Position numbers and translations under genes: made by a program
The notes under the pieces: generated by a model
The model's input: the letters and a program-made list of their open reading frames with translations, nothing else
Told to the model about the DNA's origin: nothing
Databases searched by the model: none
Shown: one piece after another, positions 27,641-42,236 of the stretch
How positions within the stretch are numbered: the stretch's first letter is position 1
Layout: every line of letters starts with the position of its first letter
From: Chrysomallon squamiferum
Lineage: Eukaryota > Animalia > Mollusca
Length of the DNA stretch: 64,000 nt
Direction: 5' to 3'
Assembly: GCA_012295275.1 (NCBI GenBank)
Contig: CM022665.1
Span: forward strand, 15,872,001-15,936,000

Positions 27641-28439
27641 AACAATAATAATAACAACAACAACAATAATGATAAATACCTTCTGTTCGAGTTAATTTTC
27701 GGAAATGTACGAAGTTTTAATTTGACGAAAAGACACGATATAGTTACATCAATAATGATTTGACGTAACGCATTTATCGAACAAAGTTGAGGATTTAAAA
27801 AATAATCAGTATTAATTTTTAATTCTTTTTCATTCATTCATTCGTTCTTATTTATTATAACTATTATTGTTGGTTGTTGTTATATATTGTTTCACTCTTT
27901 TTAAGATCATTCATTCGTTTTTACTGATTGATTGATTAATTAATGAATTAGCTAATTAAGAAATAAAATAAAATAAATAATAACAATAATAATAAAAATA
28001 ATAATTATTATTGTTGTTGTTGTTGTTGTTGTTATTATATTTAAATATGTAAATATGTATTTAAATATGTAACTAGAAAATTGCGTTTAACATTTGGAAA
28101 CCGTAGACATTTTAAAATTTAACATGGAATATATACATACATATACACACACAAGCACACATGCACATGGTTCTCCGAATGTACTTGATAAACTTGAAGA
28201 ATTTTATGCTTAGTGTCATAAACAATATCGATACAGAGTTTTACAATATATCCTTATTATGCACTCATGTTATTTAAATCATGTGTTAATATTTAAACAT
28301 TCAGAATCAAATTACTAGAAACAAGCTGACAAAACAATAAAAGTGCTTAACGCGATATCGATATTGTTGTTATGACATCTGTTGACGGAATAATTAAAGT
28401 TATTTCTTGTTTTGTCGACAAAAAGATTATGTCACGTAT

Positions 28440-28700
28440 GATAATTACGACCAATGTTGTCCTGAATAAAGAGTGACTTGCATAATTCACGCAAACTTCG
28501 CGATGCGGCCGCCATTTTTGTGATTTGATAAAGCACGCTCGCCCGAGAGTCGGGCGACGTCTGCTTAAAGAGAATAACTGGGCATTTCATTTTAATGATT
28601 CGAAACCATCTGAGTGCATAAATTATCATCAATTTAGACAACAGCTCGTCTCGTTTTGCTCCGATTAACCTAAAAGGCACCGAAATAAACTAACTCCTGT
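28440..28700 (-). promoter_or_regulatory. Promoter-like CpG island with a YY1 motif (minus-strand AAAATGGCGGC) and an 8-bp GC-rich inverted repeat
   Basis: GCCGCCATTTT at 28508-28518 matches the YY1 consensus; TCGCCCGA-GAG-TCGGGCGA at 28539-28557; TTCGCGA at ~28497. Confidence 0.45.
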
Positions 28701-28948
28701 TGCCAGTAATGTATATAATTATTAATGAACAAACTGATGTAGAAATAAATATAAAGCACATCCCAAGAATGGATTAAATCTATTTGTGGTTATTGTTTTG
28801 AAAATAAAATCTGTTAAATATCTCTACGATTGTAAAAATAAAAATAATATATTGTATATACTCTTTGCTTGCAATCTAATATTATAAGATCGACTTACTG
28901 ATGGAAAAGGATGATATTTCAGAGGGAACCAAGGGATAGGAATGAAGA

Positions 28949-28985
<37 letters not shown>

Positions 28986-29121
28986 TACATATACACAAAC
29001 ACATATAAAAATATATGTGTGTGTGTGTGTGTTTGAGTTTGAAGTATTATAATTATGATAATATGGAAAACATGAAGAAGTCAATTCTGACACGATTAAA
29101 ATAAAGAATATTAAAAAGGCA

Positions 29122-29255
29122 AAAGTTAAGGATTTAATCCTAGTAGATAAAGATTAAAACTTTGATACTGATCTGTAAGAACGAAGGATTTGAGACGGAT
29201 ACAAAATTAAGAGTTTAATACTGACTGCATAAAAAGTAAGGATTTAATTCTTAAT
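29122..29255. repeat. Degenerate ~27-bp tandem repeat (about 5 units)
   Basis: Units: aagttaaggatttaatcct, aagattaaaactttgatact, aagaacgaaggatttgagac, aaaattaagagtttaatact, aaagtaaggatttaattct. Confidence 0.55.
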
Positions 29256-29580
29256 AAATAATGCGGTTGTGTTCTTGCAAAAAAACCAAGAAACTATTCG
29301 AAATTATCGTAATTATGTATTCCTGATTGGGATAAACAAAAATACAGTTTTCTGAGTAGATTATTCATGAAAGTCTGTGATCTATTCACTTTTTGTGTTC
29401 TAAAGCGAACTTACATATTACATGTCAATAAAACTATTACGATGTTGTTATTGCCAGTGCTTAATATAGTATTTCTCTGAAGTCTAGATATTTTGAATTC
29501 GATTGCATTTTATATACATACATATTTTTCAGAATCACATATATTCATACATACACACTTACATACATGCATACAAATAT

Positions 29581-29611
<31 letters not shown>

Positions 29612-32600
29612 GATATATATATATACATACATACACACATATATATATATATAGAAAGAGAGAGAGAGAGAGAGAGATAGATAGATAGATAGACAGATAG
29701 AAAGATAGATATATATATGAAGGCAAACATACATACATACTCAAGTCAGTATTTCAATAATTTATCAATCTTTTATTATTATCACTGCTTTAAACAGATC
29801 CAACATTTTGAAATATACTGACAGACAAACAGGCAGTCTTTGAGAAAATCAGTATAACTTATATTAATGTCGCAGTTGTAGCTGCTGTATATTAAAGTCG
29901 ACAGTATTTTAATTTTAATCTCGATTCATGAATTATAAAAAAGACAACGTCAAAATTTGATGTCAGTGTCTTTAAAGCGCTAATACATTTTATACAGTGT
30001 CTAAAGAAATATTGAACTATCTAGATCAGTCTTTAAGGGAAAAATACAAGATAAAAAATAAAAAAAACAGAAAAAAAAACATTGTTAGCTATTTACTGTC
30101 AAATGATAATTTATTATTGAACACCAATATTTGTATCTTCCTAGCTAATTGTAGCAAATATCCGCACTTTGTCTCAGACTGACTTATTTCTGTAATTAAT
30201 ATTAATAATTAACTTGTTTATCGGCATACCTTTTAATGTTTCTGGAAACAATATCCGCTTGCAGAAAACTGGTTCAAAAAGTAATTTAATAACATTGCCT
30301 TTTTACTGCTTTACCAGGCTTAGACTTACGTGCGTTTGGTGCCGAGAACAAGGAAAAAACGGTAAACGACTTTAAATAATGGATTGACAAACTTTGCAAT
30401 TGTCGGGACTAAGGAAGCCAACTGGTTCACGTTCGTTAATTAATTTTTTTCCGTTTGCAAACAAGATTCGTGCAGACGTCTATTTTGAAGTTCAGATGGA
30501 ACAGTTGTTAGAATAAGACAATGAATAGATACGAAGTCTGGCTTTGCAAGAATCTGCATCAGCAAGATAAATGAAATGGATAAAAGTGTTTCTTTTATTA
30601 ATGTAATAGCAACGAAACAGTGACTCTGAGTACAGTGGAAATTGAAATTACGTAACAACGGTTATACATTAATACGATATTTCGGCATTGAAGTTCGCCA
30701 GTTACGTATCGTATTCAGCCATGGCCTAGGCTTTGTATTTACCATAACTGCAAAATAGCTAATCTGGTTAAATTTAATTTGTAAGAATGTTAGTTACAGT
30801 CAAAAAATTATATAATGTTACTAACTAAATGTGCAATCATTTAAGGCGAACCAAGGCCACAACAGATTTAAATATCTTTGCTTAACCGAACCTTTATTCA
30901 GGCTAATATGTCAGTCAGCATTACCATAGACATTTTTTTAGATAGCCGTGTGTAAAAAAAAACTCTTACGAAGCAGGCCTGTCCTGGACGCTGAATCCAT
31001 ATGATTACATACCAGAGAACCAGTTACAAAATGAATGTTTATTGTTGGCGTATGTCTCGCCTTTAAGATTTCAAGTTGTAGGAACCGACACCATGAAGAC
31101 AACCAGGTACCTAGATAATTCTGCTGGTAAGCTAACTACTGCCACAAAGACCAGTTATGTGACTTTATTATGATTAATCAACTTTAATCTACTTCACATA
31201 GCTTTTGTGAAACGAATAAATACTCTAAGTGTATTCTGCATTCCAAATTATGTTTTTTTTTTTTTTTTTCCATCGTCCAGTCGTAATTAATAACGAAGTA
31301 TTACCACAGAAGAGTATCATTTTAGGAATTTATGGGCTTCGTCGAAGTTTATTTATTTATTTATTAATTTCTAATTAGGGTAGTTAATCTGTTTTCAGAT
31401 TTTTTTTTATCGTTGTTACAAGAGTCCACCGTGTACAGGATGACGTCACAACTCCAGTTACGAAGGGGCTACGTTCGATGTTTGTAACATACTGTTTTAT
31501 TGTCAAACTTTTATATCTGCTATGATAGATAGGCCACTGAAATTAAATTATAACTCAGAACTATAGATCATTATTAGATCATTTATTCTGATCGCCACAC
31601 GTACACATTACTGTGATATCCCTGTTGGTATCATGTGCGCTTTCTAATGGTGGAAATTACAAGAAGTAGATGTCCACATATAAAGTGAAAATGATTAATC
31701 TCTTATTGTATGTTAATACATGTAGTTTTGAACTGACAATGTGTTGTTACAGTTATAATAAAATAAACTTGCTAATTAGCGAATACTGACGAGAAAGCAG
31801 GGTTAGTGTGTTAATGTATTATATTTTCTTTGTGAAATACACAATCAGATAAACCAGCGAATGTTTCTCAATAAGTAATACATACGTTTATGTATTCACC
31901 TCTGCGTTCGCGCATACCCGTGCATGTTTAAACATAGTGTTTGTATATAAAATATTATGTATCTATGTAATTTAGTAAGTAACTAATTTACTATCTGTGT
32001 ATGCATTGCTTGTGTGTAAATATGTATGTCTATCTTCTGTATGAATGTGTGTATGTATGTATTATGCATGCCTGTGTTTTTGATTGTTTGAATATATGCA
32101 GGCGTGTACGAATGTATCTATGTATGTATGTATATAACTATATAGGTGTGTGTGTGTGTATTTATGCATGTATCTATCTATATGTATATGTAGATTATTA
32201 TTCAGACTGAATTAGAGAGAGAGAAAGAGAAAGACAGGCTGATGGAGAGACAGAAAGAGACAGATTATATCCAAATGTCCGCCCATTTTTTCATACGCTG
32301 TTATTTTAATGCCAGCAAATCGTCAAACTATGACATCTCCAAAAAGTATCTCATAACATTACATATTATAGTAAATAATAATATTTCCTAATTTGCATCA
32401 GTATGTCAAAAATGGTTAACTAACTGAAAGGTATACGACAGAAAAAAATATATATGTATCAATGAAAACAATGAAACGAAAATGCCTGTCTACAGAAAGG
32501 TGACAATGATGGCAGTATGTACACTGTAACAGAATATGTATAGGTATTATGCATTTCACATACATACAGTTCATCATTTATGTCAGTATATATGAAGATT

Positions 32601-32768
32601 TTATTGAGATGAAGAACCGAAATGTACCATCAATTATTATAATTTTATAATAAAATGTTTTACTGAATGTACAGATACGCATAGTGAAATATGTGGATAC
32701 ATACGTACATTCGTACTTACGTGCACATGTACATGCACACATACATATATACATACATTAAAAAAAGA

Positions 32769-32801
<33 letters not shown>

Positions 32802-33411
32802 AACACATATAAAAACAATACATGCATATAACATTTACAAATACTGCATGGAAGCAACAGACAAATAAATAAACACGTAGAGAGAGACAGACAGAACCTC
32901 GCCCATAATAACAAATAAAGATAAATAAACATCACTTCGTGTTTACGTTGTGTTTTTATCGAGGATACCAAAAATATTCTTCATATTCTCCCACCTTTCC
33001 AGCTATGTGACGACTCCACGAGGTTTAACGGTGATGTTTACTCGTCTCCAAGTTACATATTAATGTACAAATTCTTAATGTCATCATCAAAAACAACCTT
33101 TGTTTTGACTTTGCCCGTTCAGACACCTGTCATTGCGCGACTCTGCAAAGCCAGGACTTTGTAAACACGTTAATTCCACCTAGCTTTGCGAGGTCTTGCA
33201 GACTAATTCTGTAGCAAATATGAATTTGGATTTCGTGTTTCTTTAATGTTCCAACCTGAGCCTAGAATGTATGAAGGTTTTTTTCTCATATATATTTCTT
33301 TGGAGATATTTGCTTTTAAAGATAATAAAAGTTTAGAAAAATCGAGTGAGTTTTTATGATTTTATGGTTTTTATTTTAAAGATCGTGTAATTTTGTTATG
33401 CTTTGTGTTCA

Positions 33412-33528
<117 letters not shown>

Positions 33529-34034
33529 TAATGGATTTTTAAGGGAGTTTAAAAAATGTTTTTAAATAAATAAAAAATAAGATTTTATTTGCATGGAAAA
33601 AATTTAATAAATGACTCATTAAATAAACTAAATGAGTCGACAGACAGTATATGGATGGATGGTGAGATGAAAGTACGTTTACGAGCAGTCGTTAAACAAC
33701 TATGAATATTTCTGTTATGACAATTATCATTTTATTGTCACCAAATACACATTATCTCTGTCATATTTGTTTTCAGTAATAAACTTTCGTAAAAAAATAA
33801 AACTTTAATAAAATGTAATTAAATTCTAGCTGAAATATTAAACAGTAAGCCATAATCTCCTTTTTATTACGTGGCTAAAGAATGATAATTATGCATTTTC
33901 GTATATAGTCGTACACATCATTCCCGGGTAAACATGTGTGCGTGTGTGCGTGTATGTATGTGTGTTAGGCAATGAAATGTATTTTGTCAGTTGTTTGTGT
34001 GGAAGTAAGTATAGGTTTTATCAAAGAAAAGAAA

Positions 34035-34300
34035 GCGATTTTCATTTGTATTTCACAAGCGTTTTATTTCTCATTTCACAAATGTTTCATTTCTAATTCA
34101 AATATATTTCATACCCAGTCAAAATTGTTTCATTTCTAATTCACAAATGTTTCATTTATAATTAACAAATGTTTCATTTCTAGATCACAAATGTTTCATT
34201 TATAATTAACAAATGTTTCATTTCTAGATCACAAATGTTTCATTTATAATTAACAAATGTTTCATTTCTATTTCACAAGTGTTTAATTTCACGTTCATTT
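34035..34300. repeat. 22-bp minisatellite (core ACAAATGTTTCATTT) with a 44-bp dimeric higher-order unit
   Basis: TCACAAATGTTTCATTTATAAT and TAACAAATGTTTCATTTCTAGA alternate, with dimers starting at 34141, 34185 and 34229; diverged monomers flank them. Confidence 0.92.
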
Positions 34301-35397
34301 CTTTACTTTTACATTAACTTCATTACTTTATTATAATAATTCCTAATTTTATACCTTGTAATTTACAATGGAGAATTTAATCTAATATAAACATTTTCGT
34401 AATTAGAAATATTAATTACAGTTATCAGTTTATCTGATTCCTTTCGAAAGTTACATTTTTGAGCATTATGATTTTTAAACAAATTACTTAAGCATTATTT
34501 GTTGGTTTTATAATTGTAATAATAATAATAATAATAATAATGAAACATAATAAATTGTAACTGATCTTTTATTCGTTGCTTTTGTTATTTTAATGTTTTG
34601 TAATATATATTTTGTAATTGTAATTTGTTGTCTCTCTTTCTTTTTTGTCATAATATTCCTTTTAAGTTATTTTACGTAATCCTGAATTCGTGAATTGTAC
34701 CTCTTAAAATTTCGTCAGACGTCTTTCGATTCTTTGTGGTTTTTGCCCCAAAGAAAGGATTCATTCTGCACCATTTGTGTTTAGACGTTTAACATTTCTG
34801 CCCCGTAATTTTCGACAGAAATCGAGTAGATGAGATGGTTTTATTTCTTGGGAGCCGCTCTCACCATCGACTTCATGACAAAGAAAGGATGTTCGACTAG
34901 GCAAACATTCAGGACATTGCGACAACCACAAAGGCTTCTTTGTTTAGTGCACCGTTCGTCTGTTCGCTTCGGACAAGTTTCGTTTACCAGTCGATTGATT
35001 TGTGTATGTTTCTCAGCTAGTCAACGTCGTAATTTCCTCCCATGTCGGTCCGCCGTTAATATGAGCGGCAAACAGTGCATGTTAGGATGTACAAACGTGA
35101 TCATTGCTTAGGCGACAGTGTTAAAGAGAGAGGCAAATACCGTAATCGACCGAAATGATGTCGATTGATGGCACAGTTAACTCAATTAGGGTTTAAGACA
35201 ATGAGAGGAGGCAAAAGAAACGGAAGAAGGCGTCTCGCGTTTGGCGCAGCAACTAAGGTTAAACGGTCTTAACGATACATTTATTGTTACCACAATATTT
35301 AAATTCAGAAGGTAAATGTTTGGAGAGTTTTGTTCTCACGAAAGTACAAGGTCTGATTTGTGTTAATAAATGAGCAGTGATAATTAAACTGTCATTT

Positions 35398-35428
<31 letters not shown>

Positions 35429-35448
35429 TGATTAAATATAAAGATATC

Positions 35449-35492
<44 letters not shown>

Positions 35493-36152
35493 AATCCAAG
35501 AAGACTGTTAGAAATATGATAAAAAAAAAAGTAAAATTAAATATTTATTTATTTATTTTAAAAAGCAAATAATAAATATAAAAATATAAAAGGATATAAT
35601 TTAACAATAAAACAGTTTTAAAAAAAAAAAAATGAAATAATTTAACATAAATTTTAAATATATAAAAAGCAAGTAACGAAAAAAATAAAAGCTGAAATAA
35701 ATTTATAAAATATTATAAATATATGCAATACATAAATCATTAGAAACAGATGAAGTGATAATTACATTAATGTCATAAAACTAACATCTATTTATTATCT
35801 TTATCTACCTATTCATCTGTCCATTCGTCCATCCAAACTTACTGAATTTGTAAAAAAATTAGTCAAAAATGAGTCTGAAATAATAAAATCATCCGGGACA
35901 TTTTTTTCTTTCTTTTTTTAAAACTTCACAAACCTGTAAAGTTTACTGAATGTGGTTCTTATGTCAAGTAAGTTTGGCCACCCGTAGTATACACTATTCT
36001 AACAACAATACCAAAGATTTGTGATCTTGAAATTTTCAACAACAAAGATATGTATTTGTGATATTGGTACATATACCAAAAAACAAAACAAACAAACAAA
36101 TAACAACAACAATAATAATACAAATTTAAAAATTACAACAACTAAATAAATA

Positions 36153-36185
<33 letters not shown>

Positions 36186-37188
36186 AGAGATTCATCTGGG
36201 AGAAATTTATTTATTTACTTACATATTTATTTATTTATTTATTTATTTATTTACAATTGCCAGTCTCCACATCCGATGTTTTCTTTGTGTTCGCGTGTCT
36301 TTATACATGAGTTAACTTGTTTCTAAAACTAACTACGCGAAGACATTTAAGGTCTGTTACCACAAGCGGATTAGCAACCTTTTGTAAAAGGTTGTGACAT
36401 GGAAATCGTATTATTCTGTTCTGGTGTCATCGGAAACTTTACACTTTCACGGTCACGGTTTAAACGGAACAGTCGTGATAATAAAATCACTAAAATTTAC
36501 ACGATTAATAAAACTGAAGTTCATCCACACAGTAAAATTATCATCAAGTAATACGAACAAAAGCCTGAGAGAAAAATAAGATTTTAGATGTATCAGGTGA
36601 TGAATACAAAGATACACATAACCTCGAACATATGTCATCGCGCAACGATGTCACTGGCAAATGAATTTAAAATTAGAAATTGTATACGTTATTTGAAACA
36701 AAGGAGATTTTACACGGATAACGCAGCAAACTTCTCCAGACGCTGGGATATACAGTAAAATATATTTTAATGACTGTAAAATTATTTCGACAGCGGTCAG
36801 ATCGTGTTTAATATCTGTTTTGTGTACCATCTGTTAACAATAATGTGTTAGTTCGGATCTATCACTGTGTTCTTTTATTATGTAGATTATGATTACACTC
36901 GTGAAGTGTTTCTGGGTTAATTTATATGACGTCATTTGAAACCATAAACAGATTTTGTACATGCATGTGTTAATTTAAAAAAAAAAAAAACTATATATAT
37001 ATATTTTTTTTAATTAACACATGCGTGTACAAAATCTGTTTATATATATATATACACACACACACAACAATAACAACAACAAGAAGGCAATAATAACAAG
37101 AAAAATTATCTAGCAGTTTAGAGGTTTTGTCTCTGTATGTGAACTTTTGTGTACAAACTAACAAAGATACCTGTCCACATACATACGT

Positions 37189-37225
<37 letters not shown>

Positions 37226-37792
37226 AACGCACACACACACACACACCTACTCTCTCTCTCTTCTAATATTTCTTAACGTACTTGTAATGTAATTCTAATA
37301 GACTGCTAATGTGAATCAGTGGGATAATCAGACTTGTCAACTTGTCGAAGTGTCTCACAAGGCGAGGACACACATTCCACGCGGGAGTGATAGAAAGAGT
37401 TACGGTAACGCAGTGATTACCGCGGGCAGGCGTTCGTCTATGACATGCTGGAAAAAAAAAAAAAGACCGGATGATTTGCCTCTAAATGAAAAAGCAATTA
37501 CGGATTGAAAAGACGTCAGAAGACAACTCTGTTGTCAGTTTGCTCGACATATTGTTTGAAAATATCGTCCCAACGGCGTCTTCTGTCAGCCAACTATCGC
37601 TAACAATCTCTGGGTGGTCCAGCTTCAACGACGTCGACGTCTTGTCAGCTGCCCACGAGGTGGCGCTATTGTTTCCGCCAGTGGGGCGGTATCGTGGATC
37701 CATCTTGCGGTCTGAGCCTTTTCATATCTCTTTTTGCTGGTAATCTGTCGAAGCCTATGTGATACCTATCCGATTATTTTCTCCGGGTAGAC

Positions 37793-37858
37793 ATATTGAA
37801 GATACTATTTCAATATATTGAAGATACTATTTCAGTATATTGAAGATACTATTTCAAT
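37793..37858. repeat. Three copies of a 22-bp tandem unit with self-complementary ends
   Basis: ATATTGAAGATACTATTTCAAT at 37793, 37815 and 37837; ATATTGAA and TTCAATAT are reverse complements. Confidence 0.9.
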
Positions 37859-40800
37859 AGGTGTGTGCATATTCTGGCAGTTGGAATGAGTTGGTTGTAT
37901 CAAAGGCGTTACAGTAGTAACATCTTTGTCTATTGGAGGATGACTCTTGACTCAATTCCTTATAATTATAATTATTATTATTTAATGTTAACTTATTTTC
38001 TAGACTAAGATGCAGTTAAGCATGCACATATATAAATAGAAAGAGACAACCATACAGACACATAGAGAGTTCGATGATGGACAGATAGACGAATAAACAA
38101 ACACAGACAGACAGACAGATTGATATACAGATATAAATAACGAGATAAGATAATAGGTAATAATATAATACGGAAAGAGAAAAATTCAGGAAGTGGATGT
38201 TTATAATTATAATTAACAAGAGTATAACTGCAAAAATGTTTAATTTATTTTTACATTTGTAACGTTACTTCATACAGTAGCTACAATTTCGTTCCTGTTT
38301 TGACATTTAATTACACGTGTTGCCAGTCCTCATCTAGTTTTATCAATCAACTACTCCATTATCACAAATACTGCGAATACAAACACAAAAGTCTACAGTT
38401 ACATTTATCTACAACAGGTGTGCCGTAATTCAAGATCATTTATACCAGAGGATAATTGAAATAACGCTCTGCTTGTGAAAATCTCGTCACTGTCATTTCG
38501 ATCACTCTCCGAAGGCGGTCTCACCTGTTTCGCTAATGCATTATGTATGGCTTTTATTCCTCGTATGTTATTTTGGTTGCTGGTTATTCTCCATCAAACT
38601 CGCTAATTGAATTATATTAATGTTTTCACATTGCTATGGGTCTTTGTAATGTTCTCATTCAAAAACCACTGACTGTGGAAAAACTTCATGTCGTGCCTTT
38701 TTATTATTGTTGTTGTTATTATTATTATTATTATGAATTTTTACTTTTCTTTTTTGTTTTCATTTTCATTTTTTTTTTTTTTTTTTTTTTTTTTGTCATA
38801 TTACCATAGCCCATGTGTTACCTTTATTATTATTTTTTGTTTTTTGTTTGTTTGTTCCTACACAATTAACCTAACGGTAAATAGTCGACAATGGAAAGTG
38901 GTTAAACACGATTCAATTATTTTTGTGAAAATTAAATACTGATAAAGAAAACAATTATTTAAAATGATAATGGTGACAGTGACGCTAAGGTTTTTAACAC
39001 TAGATTCATTTTTAATGATAATTAAAAATTGCGGGCAGTAAAATCACGTTTTACAGGACTCGAAATGTAAGAAGGTTAATTTTTTGCTTCACAACACGCA
39101 AACATTACGTATATGATTTTGTTTTGTGCGTGTTTTTCTCTATTGTGGCTCACACGTGTTCAGTGAATGGTGTATTTGTTTCATTATGCTTGAGCCGAAC
39201 TTAACTAAAAGGAGACCAGATTTGAGATTTGATAATGATGATTATAATAATTTATATTTAATAACAGTAACAGCAACAACATCAACAACAACAACAATAA
39301 TAACAGTAGTAGTAGTAATAATAATAATAATTACTACTAACACTGCTGTTGGTATTACTACCATTGCTATGGTTATTAGTGATGCTTATTAATAATAATA
39401 ATAATGATGATGATGATGATGATGAAAGAAACTGTTTAAGAAAGATTTATTAAATTATAATATAATTTTTGTTTTCTCACTTTATATAATATTATTCGAA
39501 AATAGTATTTTATTTCCGAAAGGACCTCATATTATAAAGTGGATGTAAAAATAGACGTCGGAAACCCTCTCCAAGGCAAACCCAGTACCACAACCCCCAC
39601 CAAAAACAACAAAAACAACAAAAACAACAACAAAAAGCCCCCACATACTGTCACTGAGGTAATAAGCAATTAATGAGTGCTGGGGAGTAGATAGATCGTA
39701 ATTACAATGTCCCGCAATGTAGAATTAATTTCAAGACTATTAACTGCATGCAGATATTTGAAAGACAAAACCGAATTTGTCTTAACAAATTTTTTTTTTT
39801 AATATGAAGCATTAGAATAGCCAAAATAATTAATCTCAATTACTCTAAGTACAATGAATTACTTTGTATACACATGATATTTAGACAAGAAAAATACTTA
39901 TTCTAAAAACTTTTCCGTGTAATAATAATAATATTTTTATTTTTATAAATGATGGTGAAGATCATTTTCTACTGAAAAACAACAACACTACATGCGTTTA
40001 TTCAGTATAATATAAAACATTTTAAAACAAATATTATAATTCAATATAAACGTTTTTGTTTCAGTAAATAACATTATTTAAATCACGTATGCCTTGTCAT
40101 TCATAGAGAATATTTTCCCCAGTGACTGTATTCATAGCTGGTCTTTTATATATACAATTTATTTACTTCTTGTCAAATAATTGTGCACATTTATGTTCTG
40201 GTAAGTAGGTTTGTACGTTTTATATATTTTATATATGTTTTATGTATGCATGCATGCGTGCATTAAAGTATATATGTATGTATATACAAATTAATAATAG
40301 TATATACATATGTGTGTGTGTGTGTATGTATAAACACATACACACATATATTTATCTGTGTGTATCCATATACACATACACACACACGCACACGCCGTCT
40401 TAACGCCAACCTGTCTATGTTTATTATATGTAAAAAATAACAACAATCACAAAGAGAAAAAATTATTTAAAAAAAAACCCCAGAAAATAAAATAAAAAAG
40501 TTATATCTTTTGTCATAATACATTTTATCATAGCTGTCTATTAAGTCTGATTTAAACGTCGTCTGTTAATAAATTTATTTTTAATTTTTTTGTGAAACGA
40601 GGAGTATAACGAACTTATGTTTATTTTATTTTGACCAAGAGAAGAGTACTTACATTTATTTTATTTTACGAAATAAACAGAACTTGTACTTTCGGTGTGT
40701 AGCTGGTGACTGTTAGATTCCGTGTTGATCTGTCTGGTGTAGTTAAACTAACTCAGACTCGTCATGGCAAGTAACAGGTTGAGTCTGTTTTTTGTAGAAA

Positions 40801-40901
40801 CACGATTTCCATCTTCACGTTTAGGCTCTGACTGTAATAGCGACACATTTTGACATTTAAACACACGCGTCAAGTCAAAGTGTTCTTACAAGTCACATTT
40901 G

Positions 40902-41230
40902 GAGATTTTCGCTTTTAACTTTCAACGTCTGAAGACGTTTTCCTTCTGTTTTCAGTAGAACGACATTAAGACTTTTTCGACGTTCAAATGTTTCATGAAA
41001 TCACCTCCAGACATTTTCGCATTTAACATTCAAATGTCTGAAAATGTTTTCCTTCTGCCTTTTCCGTAAGACTTTTTTTTACGTCTAAATATTTCATGAA
41101 TTCAGTTATAGATATTTTTGGTTTTGTCTTTCAAATTCTGAAGACATTTTTTTTTTTTTTTTCTCTTCGTAATTGGTAGAATTACGGTAATTTTTTTGAC
41201 GTCTGAATATTTCATGAACCGAATTTAGAC
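40902..41230. repeat. Old tandem triplication, ~100-120 bp unit
   Basis: Three diverged copies share the order agaYattttcg...ttcaa.gtctgaa.a.gttttccttct...gacttttt..acgt...aat.tttcatgaa, starting at ~40902, ~41009 and ~41110. Confidence 0.8.
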
Positions 41231-42202
41231 TCTGCTCATCATGTAATTTTATTTGAAAACGTAAATAATTGTCAAGCTATTGCTATAGGAGATCAATAGA
41301 TTCGTCATTAAATTTTTTAACGAAATAACATTTAGATTCTTTTGTTCAAATATTTAGTAAGTTTCGCATTTGCCTTTTCTATGTCCATTGACTTGTTTAG
41401 GCATTAACAGAATTCAAGAAATAACATTAACACTGCTTTACTGGTCAGATATCAAATTTAGTTATTTGACTTTTGTCATAATTCTATTTTGTCGCTAAAA
41501 AGTTCTCTTTATTACTACTTAATTTATGTGTAGATTAATTTGTAAATCTAACATCATCATGCAGATGTCTGTTTAGGTGCAAAATTTGAAACTTAACATA
41601 CAATTCAGGAATATAAAAAGTAATTTTTTTATTTTTATTTTTAACCGCGTCTAGTTAAACATTGCAATTGTCCTGGGCTGGCTTGACTGTTTTTTGTTTT
41701 GTTTGTCCTTTTGTATCTCTGTATTAGTTTTTGTGTTGAGAATCTAATTATTTTTATCATTAACTGTCTGTCTGTCAGTTTGTCCTTTTCTCTGTCTGTC
41801 GGTGATAGCTTTTGTCTTCAACATCTACTTCTTCTTGTACTATCAGATAGCTAAAGTTGATTAGCATCTTTCAGAATAATAACCCAGTTTGATGTTATCA
41901 TACTTATCCCTCTATCGTAAATACACTGCACTGCGGATTAGCGCTTACTTTTCACTCCCACTGTTTTCAGAAAACACCAGTAACTTTCTGTAAAATGTAT
42001 CAAACTGATACCTATCTGTTATTTATCCAGGGATAATAGGTATTTTTTCTAATGTCAAAACTGAATAAGGAACTCATTAACAGTTATCATCAGAAAGAGC
42101 CTCTTGTTTATTTTTTTATAGTCACTTTTCTTTCTAAGCTTTGGCGGCAAATAATCAAAAGCCGTCTGCCGCACCGGGGTTCTTGCCGTCTGCCGAGAGG
42201 GG

Positions 42203-42236
<34 letters not shown>

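Noticed and set aside
37482-37743. 73-aa (-) and 85-aa (+) ORFs with protein-like composition
   Set aside because: The minus ORF has an in-frame stop seven codons upstream of its ATG, and neither shows a recognisable motif or exon boundaries. A BLASTX hit would overturn this.
37793-37858. Palindromic repeats suggestive of a CRISPR array
   Set aside because: The units are directly adjacent with no unique spacers, there are no cas genes, and the context is eukaryotic.
37875-37899. TGGCAGTTGGAATGAGTTGGTTGTA, resembling miR-34
   Set aside because: It differs at seed position 8 and in the middle, and no star arm is evident.
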